Below the pieces are notes generated by a model, which had not been told where the DNA came from, did not search any database, and saw only the letters and a list, made by a program, of their open reading frames with translations. DNA of 64,000 nt from the human T2T-CHM13v2.0 reference genome, Homo sapiens: NCBI RefSeq assembly GCF_009914755.1, contig NC_060927.1; one strand, 5' to 3'. The translations under genes were made by a program, and so were the position numbers. This document shows positions 22,267 to 34,200 of this stretch, piece by piece (the first letter of the stretch is position 1; each line of letters starts with the position of its first letter).

Positions 22267-25200
22267 GAGAATGATACTGTCTAGTTTTTATACGAAGATA
22301 TTTCCTTTTGTACCATTGGACTCATACTGCTAGAATTTTCCACTTGCAAATTCCACAAAAAGAGTGTTTCCAATCTGCTCTGTCTAAAGGAAGGTTCAAC
22401 TCTGTGAGTTGAGTACACACACACAAAGAAGCTACTGAGAATTCTTTTGTCAAGAATTATAAGAAGAAATCCCGTTTCCAACCAAGGCCTCAAAGAGTTC
22501 CAAATATCCACTTGCACACTGCACAAACTAAGTCTTTCCATACTGCTCTATGCAAAGAAATGTTCAAATCTGTGAGTTTAATACACACATCACAAAGCAG
22601 TTTCTGAGAATGATGCTGTCTAGTTTTTATACGAAGATATTTCCTTTTGTACCATTGGCCTCATACTGCTATAATTTTCCACTTGCAAATTCCACAAAAA
22701 GAGTGTTTCCCATCCGCTCTGTCTAAAGGAAGGTTCAACTCTCTGATTTGAATACATACATCCCAAAATAAGTTACTGAGAATTCTTCTGTCTAGCATTA
22801 TGTGAAGAAATCCCGTTTCCAACGAAAGCCTCAAAGAGGCCCAAATATCCAGTTGCAGCATTTACAAACTGACTGTTTCCAAACTCATCTATGAAAAGAA
22901 AGGTTAAACTCTGTGAGTTGAATGCACATATCACAAAGTAGTTCCTGAGAATGATTCTGTCTAGTTTTTATACGAAGATATTTCCTTTTCCACCAATGGC
23001 CTCAAAGTGCTTGAAATCTCCCCTTGCAAATTCCACAGACAAGTGTCTCAAATCTGCACTGTCTAAAGGAAGGTTCAACCCTGTGAGTTGAATACACACA
23101 CACAGAAAAAAATTCACTGAGAATTCTATTGTCTATCATTACACGAAGAAATCCCGTTTACTACGAAGGCCTCAAAGAGGTCCAAATATCCAGCTGCAGA
23201 CATTACAAACTGAGTGTTTCCAAAGTGCTCTATGAAAAGAAGTGTTAAACACTGTGAGTTCAATGCACACATCCCAAAGCAGTTTCTGAGAATGATTCCG
23301 TCTATTTTTTCTACGAAGATATTTCCTTTTCTACCGTTGGCCTCAAAGCGCTTGAAATCTCCACTTGCAAATTCCACAAAAAGAGAGTTTCAAATCTGCT
23401 CTGTCTAAAGGAAGGTTCAACTCTGTGAGTTGAATACACACCACAAAAAGAAGTTACTGAGAATTCTTCTGTCTAGCATTATATGAAAAATCCCGTTTCC
23501 AACGAAGGCCACAAAGAGGTCCAAATATCCACTTGCAGATTCTGCAAAAAGAGTGTTTCCAAACTGCTCTATGAAAAGAAACGTTAAACTCTGTGAGTTG
23601 AACGCAAACATCACAAAGTAGTTTCTGAGAATGACTCCGTCTAGTTTTTATACGAAGATATTTCCTTTTCTACCATTCACTTCAATGCGCTTGAAGTCTC
23701 CCCCTGAAAATTCCACAAAAAGTGTTTCCAATCTGCTCCGCCTAAAGGAAGCTTCAACTCTGTGAGTTGAATACCCACAACCCAAAGAAGTTACTGAGAA
23801 TTCTTCTGTCTAGCATTATATGAAGAAATCCCGTTTCCAACGAAGGCCTCAAATACATCCAAATATCCAGTTGCTGACTTTACAAACTGAGTGTTTCCAA
23901 ACTGCTCTATGAAAAGAAAGGTTAAACACTGTGAGTTGAACACACACGTACCAAAGTAGTTTCTGAGAATGATTCTGTCTAGTTTGCATACGAAGATATT
24001 TCCTTTTCTACCATTGGCCTCAAAGCTTTGAAATCTCCACTTGCAAATTCCACAAAAAGAGAGTTTCAACTCTGCTGTTTCTAAAGGAAAGTTCAACTCT
24101 GAGAGTTGAATACACACCAGAAAAAGCAGTTACTGAGAAGTCTTCTGTCTAGCATTATATGAAGAAATCCCATTTCCAACGAAGACTTCAAAGAGGTCCA
24201 AATATCCACTTGCAGATTCTGCAAAAAGAGTGTTTCGAAACAACTGTATGAAAAGAAAGGTTAAACACTGTGAGTTGAACGCACACATTGCAAAGCAGTT
24301 TCTGAGAATGATTCCGTCTAATTATTATACGAAGGTATTTCCTTTTCTATCATTGGCCTCAAAGCGCTTGATACCTCCACCTGAAAATTCCACAAAAAGA
24401 GTGTTTCCAATCTACTCTGTCTAAAGGAACGTTCAACTCTGTGAGTTGAATACACACACACAGAAAGAATTCACTGAGAATTCTTCTGTCTGGCATTACA
24501 TGAAGAAATCCCGTTTCCAACGCAGGCCTCAAAGAGGTCCAAATATCCACTTGCAGATTCTGCAAAAAGAGTGTTTCAAAACCGCTCCATTAAAAGGAAT
24601 GTTGAACTCTGTGAGTTGAATGCAAACATCACAACTCAGTTTCTGAGAATGCTTCTGACTAGATTTTATGGTAAGATATTTCCTTTTCTACCGTAGGCTT
24701 CAATGCCCTGTAAATACACCCTTGCAAATTCTACAAAGAGACTGCTTCATAACTGCTCTATAGGAGGAAAGGTTCAACTCTGTGAGTTGAATGCAGAGAT
24801 CACAACGTGGTTTCTGCGAATGATTCTTTGTAGTTTTTACATGAAGATATTTCGTTGTCTACCGTAGGCTTCAAAGCACTCAAAGTATTCACTTGGAACT
24901 TTTACAAAAAGAGTGTTAGAAAACTGCTCTTTCCAAAGTAAGGTTCAACTCTGTGAGTTGAATGCACACATAACAACAAGAAGTTTCTGAGAATTCTTCT
25001 GTCCTGGTTTATATGAAGAAATCCCGTTTCCAACGAAGGCCTCAAAGACGTTTAAATATCCACTTGCAGACTTCACAAACAGAGTGTTTCCAAACTGCTC
25101 TATGAAAAGAAAGGGTAAACACTGTGAGTTGAACGCACACATCACAAAGTAGTTTCTGAGAATGATACTGTCTAGTTTTTATACGAAGATATTTCCTTTT

Positions 25201-28200
25201 GTACCATTGGACTCATACTGCTAGAATTTTCCACTTGCAAATTCCACAAAAAGAGTGTTTCCAATCTGCTCTGTCTAAAGGAAGGTTCAACTCTGTGAGT
25301 TGAGTACACACACACAAAGAAGCTACTGAGAATTCTTTTGTCAAGAATTATAAGAAGAAATCCCGTTTCCAACCAAGGCCTCAAAGAGTTCCAAATATCC
25401 ACTTGCACACTGCACAAACTAAGTCTTTCCATACTGCTCTATGCAAAGAAATGTTCAAATCTGTGAGTTTAATACACACATCACAAAGCAGTTTCTGAGA
25501 ATGATGCTGTCTAGTTTTTATACGAAGATATTTCCTTTTGTACCATTGGCCTCATACTGCTATAATTTTCCACTTGCAAATTCCACAAAAAGAGTGTTTC
25601 CCATCCGCTCTGTCTAAAGGAAGGTTCAACTCTCTGATTTGAATACATACATCCCAAAATAAGTTACTGAGAATTCTTCTGTCTAGCATTATGTGAAGAA
25701 ATCCCGTTTCCAACGAAAGCCTCAAAGAGGCCCAAATATCCAGTTGCAGCATTTACAAACTGACTGTTTCCAAACTCATCTATGAAAAGAAAGGTTAAAC
25801 TCTGTGAGTTGAATGCACATATCACAAAGTAGTTCCTGAGAATGATTCTGTCTAGTTTTTATACGAAGATATTTCCTTTTCCACCAATGGCCTCAAAGTG
25901 CTTGAAATCTCCCCTTGCAAATTCCACAGACAAGTGTCTCAAATCTGCACTGTCTAAAGGAAGGTTCAACCCTGTGAGTTGAATACACACACACAGAAAA
26001 AAATTCACTGAGAATTCTATTGTCTATCATTACACGAAGAAATCCCGTTTACTACGAAGGCCTCAAAGAGGTCCAAATATCCAGCTGCAGACATTACAAA
26101 CTGAGTGTTTCCAAAGTGCTCTATGAAAAGAAGTGTTAAACACTGTGAGTTCAATGCACACATCCCAAAGCAGTTTCTGAGAATGATTCCGTCTATTTTT
26201 TCTACGAAGATATTTCCTTTTCTACCGTTGGCCTCAAAGCGCTTGAAATCTCCACTTGCAAATTCCACAAAAAGAGAGTTTCAAATCTGCTCTGTCTAAA
26301 GGAAGGTTCAACTCTGTGAGTTGAATACACACCACAAAAAGAAGTTACTGAGAATTCTTCTGTCTAGCATTATATGAAAAATCCCGTTTCCAACGAAGGC
26401 CACAAAGAGGTCCAAATATCCACTTGCAGATTCTGCAAAAAGAGTGTTTCCAAACTGCTCTATGAAAAGAAACGTTAAACTCTGTGAGTTGAACGCAAAC
26501 ATCACAAAGTAGTTTCTGAGAATGACTCCGTCTAGTTTTTATACGAAGATATTTCCTTTTCTACCATTCACTTCAATGCGCTTGAAGTCTCCCCCTGAAA
26601 ATTCCACAAAAAGTGTTTCCAATCTGCTCCGCCTAAAGGAAGCTTCAACTCTGTGAGTTGAATACCCACAACCCAAAGAAGTTACTGAGAATTCTTCTGT
26701 CTAGCATTATATGAAGAAATCCCGTTTCCAACGAAGGCCTCAAATACATCCAAATATCCAGTTGCTGACTTTACAAACTGAGTGTTTCCAAACTGCTCTA
26801 TGAAAAGAAAGGTTAAACACTGTGAGTTGAACACACACGTACCAAAGTAGTTTCTGAGAATGATTCTGTCTAGTTTGCATACGAAGATATTTCCTTTTCT
26901 ACCATTGGCCTCAAAGCTTTGAAATCTCCACTTGCAAATTCCACAAAAAGAGAGTTTCAACTCTGCTGTTTCTAAAGGAAAGTTCAACTCTGAGAGTTGA
27001 ATACACACCAGAAAAAGCAGTTACTGAGAAGTCTTCTGTCTAGCATTATATGAAGATATCCCATTTCCAACGAAGACTTCAAAGAGGTCCAAATATCCAC
27101 TTGCAGATTCTGCAAAAAGAGTGTTTCGAAACAACTGTATGAAAAGAAAGGTTAAACACTGTGAGTTGAACGCACACATTGCAAAGCAGTTTCTGAGAAT
27201 GATTCCGTCTAATTATTATACGAAGGTATTTCCTTTTCTATCATTGGCCTCAAAGCGCTTGATACCTCCACCTGAAAATTCCACAAAAAGAGTGTTTCCA
27301 ATCTACTCTGTCTAAAGGAACGTTCAACTCTGTGAGTTGAATACACACACACAGAAAGAATTCACTGAGAATTCTTCTGTCTGGCATTACATGAAGAAAT
27401 CCCGTTTCCAACGCAGGCCTCAAAGAGGTCCAAATATCCACTTGCAGATTCTGCAAAAAGAGTGTTTCAAAACCGCTCCATTAAAAGGAATGTTGAACTC
27501 TGTGAGTTGAATGCAAACATCACAACTCAGTTTCTGAGAATGCTTCTGACTAGATTTTATGGTAAGATATTTCCTTTTCTACCGTAGGCTTCAATGCCCT
27601 GTAAATACACCCTTGCAAATTCTACAAAGAGACTGCTTCATAACTGCTCTATAGGAGGAAAGGTTCAACTCTGTGAGTTGAATGCAGAGATCACAACGTG
27701 GTTTCTGCGAATGATTCTTTGTAGTTTTTACATGAAGATATTTCGTTGTCTACCGTAGGCTTCAAAGCACTCAAAGTATTCACTTGGAACTTTTACAAAA
27801 AGAGTGTTAGAAAACTGCTCTTTCCAAAGTAAGGTTCAACTCTGTGAGTTGAATGCACACATAACAACAAGAAGTTTCTGAGAATTCTTCTGTCCTGGTT
27901 TATATGAAGAAATCCCGTTTCCAACGAAGGCCTCAAAGACGTTTAAATATCCACTTGCAGACTTCACAAACAGAGTGTTTCCAAACTGCTCTATGAAAAG
28001 AAAGGGTAAACACTGTGAGTTGAACGCACACATCACAAAGTAGTTTCTGAGAATGATACTGTCTAGTTTTTATACGAAGATATTTCCTTTTGTACCATTG
28101 GACTCATACTGCTAGAATTTTCCACTTGCAAATTCCACAAAAAGAGTGTTTCCAATCTGCTCTGTCTAAAGGAAGGTTCAACTCTGTGAGTTGAGTACAC

Positions 28201-31200
28201 ACACACAAAGAAGCTACTGAGAATTCTTTTGTCAAGAATTATAAGAAGAAATCCCGTTTCCAACCAAGGCCTCAAAGAGTTCCAAATATCCACTTGCACA
28301 CTGCACAAACTAAGTCTTTCCATACTGCTCTATGCAAAGAAATGTTCAAATCTGTGAGTTTAATACACACATCACAAAGCAGTTTCTGAGAATGATACTG
28401 TCTAGTTTTTATACGAAGATATTTCCTTTTGTACCATTGGCCTCATACTGCTAGAATTTTCCACTTGCAAATTCCACAAAAAGAGTGTTTCCAATCCGCT
28501 CTGTCTAAAGGAAGGTTCAACTCTCTGATTTGAATACATACATCCCAAAAGAAGTTACTGAGAATTCTTCTGTCTAGCATTATATGAAGAAATCCCGTTT
28601 CCAACGAAAGCCTCAAAGAGGCCCAAATATCCAGTTGCAGCATTTACAAACTGACTGTTTCCAAACTCATCTATGAAAAGAAAGGTTAAACTCTGTGAGT
28701 TGAATGCACATATCACAAAGTAGTTCCTGAGAATGATTCTGTCTAGTTTTTATACGAAGATATTTCCTTTTCCACCAATGGCCTCAAAGTGCTTGAAATC
28801 TCCCCTTGCAAATTCCACAGACAAGTGTCTCAAATCTGCACTGTCTAAAGGAAGGTTCAACCCTGTGAGTTGAATACACACACACAGAAAAAAATTCACT
28901 GAGAATTCTATTGTCTATCATTACACGAAGAAATCCCGTTTACTACGAAGGCCTCAAAGAGGTCCAAATATCCAGCTGCAGACATTACAAACTGAGTGTT
29001 TCCAAAGTGCTCTATGAAAAGAAGTGTTAAACACTGTGAGTTCAATGCACACATCCCAAAGCAGTTTCTGAGAATGATTCCGTCTATTTTTTCTACGAAG
29101 ATATTTCCTTTTCTACCGTTGGCCTCAAAGCGCTTGAAATCTCCACTTGCAAATTCCACAAAAAGAGAGTTTCAAATCTGCTCTGTCTAAAGGAAGGTTC
29201 AACTCTGTGAGTTGAATACACACCACAAAAAGAAGTTACTGAGAATTCTTCTGTCTAGCATTATATGAAAAATCCCGTTTCCAACGAAGGCCACAAAGAG
29301 GTCCAAATATCCACTTGCAGATTCTGCAAAAAGAGTGTTTCCAAACTGCTCTATGAAAAGAAACGTTAAACTCTGTGAGTTGAACGCAAACATCACAAAG
29401 TAGTTTCTGAGAATGACTCCGTCTAGTTTTTATACGAAGATATTTCCTTTTCTACCATTCACTTCAAAGCGCTTGAAGTCTCCCCCTGAAAATTCCACAA
29501 AAAGTGTTTCCAATCTGCTCCGCCTAAAGGAAGCTTCAACTCTGTGAGTTGAATACCCACAACCCAAAGAAGTTACTGAGAATTCTTCTGTCTAGCATTA
29601 TATGAAGAAATCCCGTTTCCAACGAAGGCCTCAAATACATCCAAATATCCAGTTGCTGACTTTACAAACTGAGTGTTTCCAAACTGCTCTATGAAAAGAA
29701 AGGTTAAACACTGTGAGTTGAACACACACGTACCAAAGTAGTTTCTGAGAATGATTCTGTCTAGTTTGCATACGAAGATATTTCCTTTTCTACCATTGGC
29801 CTCAAAGCTTTGAAATCTCCACTTGCAAATTCCACAAAAAGAGAGTTTCAACTCTGCTGTTTCTAAAGGAAAGTTCAACTCTGAGAGTTGAATACACACC
29901 AGAAAAAGCAGTTACTGAGAAGTCTTCTGTCTAGCATTATATGAAGATATCCCATTTCCAACGAAGACTTCAAAGAGGTCCAAATATCCACTTGCAGATT
30001 CTGCAAAAAGAGTGTTTCGAAACAACTGTATGAAAAGAAAGGTTAAACACTGTGAGTTGAACGCACACATTGCAAAGCAGTTTCTGAGAATGATTCCGTC
30101 TAATTATTATACGAAGGTATTTCCTTTTCTATCATTGGCCTCAAAGCGCTTGATACCTCCACCTGAAAATTCCACAAAAAGAGTGTTTCCAATCTACTCT
30201 GTCTAAAGGAACGTTCAACTCTGTGAGTTGAATACACACACACAGAAAGAATTCACTGAGAATTCTTCTGTCTGGCATTACATGAAGAAATCCCGTTTCC
30301 AACGCAGGCCTCAAAGAGGTCCAAATATCCACTTGCAGATTCTGCAAAAAGAGTGTTTCAAAACCGCTCCATTAAAAGGAATGTTGAACTCTGTGAGTTG
30401 AATGCAAACATCACAACTCAGTTTCTGAGAATGCTTCTGACTAGATTTTATGGTAAGATATTTCCTTTTCTACCGTAGGCTTCAATGCCCTGTAAATACA
30501 CCCTTGCAAATTCTACAAAGAGACTGCTTCATAACTGCTCTATAGGAGGAAAGGTTCAACTCTGTGAGTTGAATGCAGAGATCACAACGTGGTTTCTGCG
30601 AATGATTCTTTGTAGTTTTTACATGAAGATATTTCGTTGTCTACCGTAGGCTTCAAAGCACTCAAAGTATTCACTTGGAACTTTTACAAAAAGAGTGTTA
30701 GAAAACTGCTCTTTCCAAAGTAAGGTTCAACTCTGTGAGTTGAATGCACACATAACAAACAAGAAGTTTCTGAGAATTCTTCTGTCCTGGTTTATATGAA
30801 GAAATCCCGTTTCCAACGAAGGCCTCAAAGACGTTTAAATATCCACTTGCAGACTTCACAAACAGAGTGTTTCCAAACTGCTCTATGAAAAGAAAGGGTA
30901 AACACTGTGAGTTGAACGCACACCTCACAAAGTAGTTTCTGAGAATGATACTGTCTAGTTTTTATACGAAGATATTTCCTTTTGTACCATTGGCCTCATA
31001 CTGCTAGAATTTTCCACTTGCAAATTCCACAAAAAGAGTGTTTCCAATCTGCTCTGTCTAAAGGAAGGTTCAACTCTGTGAGTTGAGTACACACACACAA
31101 AGAAGCTACTGAGAATTCTTTTGTCAAGAATTATAAGAAGAAATCCCGTTTCCAACCAAGGCCTCAAAGAGTTCCAAATATCCACTTGCACACTGCACAA

Positions 31201-34200
31201 ACTAAGTCTTTCCATACTGCTCTATGCAAAGAAATGTTCAACTCTGTGAGTTTAATACACACATCACAAAGCAGTTTCTGAGAATGATACTGTCTAGTTT
31301 TTATACGAAGATATTTCCTTTTGTACCATTGGCCTCATACTGCTAGAATTTTCCACTTGCAAATTCCACAAAAAGAGTGTTTCCAATCCGCTCTGTCTAA
31401 AGGAAGGTTCAACTCTCTGATTTGAATACATACATCCCAAAAGAAGTTACTGAGAATTCTTCTGTCTAGCATTATGTGAAGAAATCCCGTTTCCAACGAA
31501 AGCCTCAAAGAGGCCCAAATATCCAGTTGCAGCATTTACAAACTGACTGTTTCCAAACTCATCTATGAAAAGAAAGGTTAAACTCTGTGAGTTGAATGCA
31601 CATATCACAAAGTAGTTCCTGAGAATGATTCTGTCTAGTTTTTATACGAAGATATTTCCTTTTCCACCAATGGCCTCAAAGTGCTTGAAATCTCCCCTTG
31701 CAAATTCCACAGACAAGTGTCTCAAATCTGCACTGTCTAAAGGAAGGTTCAACCCTGTGAGTTGAATACACACACACAGAAAAAAATTCACTGAGAATTC
31801 TATTGTCTATCATTACACGAAGAAATCCCGTTTACTACGAAGGCCTCAAAGAGGTCCAAATATCCAGCTGCAGACATTACAAACTGAGTGTTTCCAAAGT
31901 GCTCTATGAAAAGAAGTGTTAAACACTGTGAGTTCAATGCACACATCCCAAAGCAGTTTCTGAGAATGATTCCGTCTATTTTTTCTACGAAGATATTTCC
32001 TTTTCTACCGTTGGCCTCAAAGCGCTTGAAATCTCCACTTGCAAATTCCACAAAAAGAGAGTTTCAAATCTGCTCTGTCTAAAGGAAGGTTCAACTCTGT
32101 GAGTTGAATACACACCACAAAAAGAAGTTACTGAGAATTCTTCTGTCTAGCATTATATGAAAAATCCCGTTTCCAACGAAGGCCACAAAGAGGTCCAAAT
32201 ATCCACTTGCAGATTCTGCAAAAAGAGTGTTTCCAAACTGCTCTATGAAAAGAAACGTTAAACTCTGTGAGTTGAACGCAAACATCACAAAGTAGTTTCT
32301 GAGAATGACTCCGTCTAGTTTTTATACGAAGATATTTCCTTTTCTACCATTCACTTCAAAGCGCTTGAAGTCTCCCCCTGAAAATTCCACAAAAAGTGTT
32401 TCCAATCTGCTCCGCCTAAAGGAAGCTTCAACTCTGTGAGTTGAATACCCACAACCCAAAGAAGTTACTGAGAATTCTTCTGTCTAGCACTATATGAAGA
32501 AATCCCGTTTCCAACGAAGGCCTCAAATACATCCAAATATCCAGTTGCTGACTTTACAAACTGAGTGTTTCCAAACTGCTCTATGAAAAGAAAGGTTAAA
32601 CACTGTGAGTTGAACACACACGTACCAAAGTAGTTTCTGAGAATGATTCTGTCTAGTTTGCATACGAAGATATTTCCTTTTCTACCATTGGCCTCAAAGC
32701 TTTGAAATCTCCACTTGCAAATTCCACAAAAAGAGAGTTTCAACTCTGCTGTTTCTAAAGGAAAGTTCAACTCTGAGAGTTGAATACACACCAGAAAAAG
32801 CAGTTACTGAGAAGTCTTCTGTCTAGCATTATATGAAGATATCCCATTTCCAACGAAGACTTCAAAGAGGTCCAAATATCCACTTGCAGATTCTGCAAAA
32901 AGAGTGTTTCGAAACAGCTGTATGTAAAGAAAGGTTAAACACTGTGAGTTGAACGCACACATTGCAAAGCAGTTTCTGAGAATGATTCCGTCTAATTATT
33001 ATACGAAGGTATTTCCTTTTCTATCATTGGCCTCAAAGCGCTTGATACCTCCACCTGAAAATTCCACAAAAAGAGTGTTTCCAATCTACTCTGTCTAAAG
33101 GAACGTTCAACTCTGTGAGTTGAATACACACACACAGAAAGAATTCACTGAGAATTCTTCTGTCTGGCATTACATGAAGAAATCCCGTTTCCAACGAAGG
33201 CCTCAAAGAGGTCCAAATATCCACTTGCAGATTCTGCAAAAAGAGTGTTTCAAAACCGCTCCATTAAAAGGAATGTTGAACTCTGTGAGTTGAATGCAAA
33301 CATCACAACTCAGTTTCTGAGAATGCTTCTGACTAGATTTTATGGTAAGATATTTCCTTTTCTACCGTAGGCTTCAATACCCTCTAAATACACCCTTGCA
33401 AATTCTACAAAGAGACTGCTTCATAACTGCTCTATAGGAGGAAAGGTTCAACTCTGTGAGTTGAATGCAGAGATCACAACGTGGTTTCTGCGAATGATTC
33501 TTTGTAGTTTTTACATGAAGATATTTCGTTGTCTACCGTAGGCTTCAAAGCACTCAAAGTATTCACTTGGAACTTTTACAAAAAGAGTGTTAGAAAACTG
33601 CTCTTTCCAAAGTAAGGTTCAACTCTGTGAGTTGAATGCACACATAACAAACAAGAAGTTTCTGAGAATTCTTCTGTCCTGGTTTATATGAAGAAATCCC
33701 GTTTCCAACGAAGGCCTCAAAGACGTTTAAATATCCACTTGCAGACTTCACAAACAGAGTGTTTCCAAACTGCTCTATGAAAAGAAAGGGTAAACACTGT
33801 GAGTTGAACGCACACATCACAAAGTAGTTTCTGAGAATGATACTGTCTAGTTTTTATACGAAGATATTTCCTTTTGTACCACTGGCCTCATACTGCTAGA
33901 ATTTTCCACTTGCAAATTCCACAAAAAGAGTGTTTCCAATCTGCTCTGTCTAAAGGAAGGTTCAACTCTGTGAGTTGAGTACACACACACAAAGAAGCTA
34001 CTGAGAATTCTTTTGTCAAGAATTATAAGAAGAAATCCCGTTTCCAACCAAGGCCTCAAAGAGTTCCAAATATCCACTTGCACACTGCACAAACTAAGTC
34101 TTTCCATACTGCTCTATGCAAAGAAATGTTCAACTCTGTGAGTTTAATACACACATCACAAAGCAGTTTCTGAGAATGATACTGTCTAGTTTTTATACGA

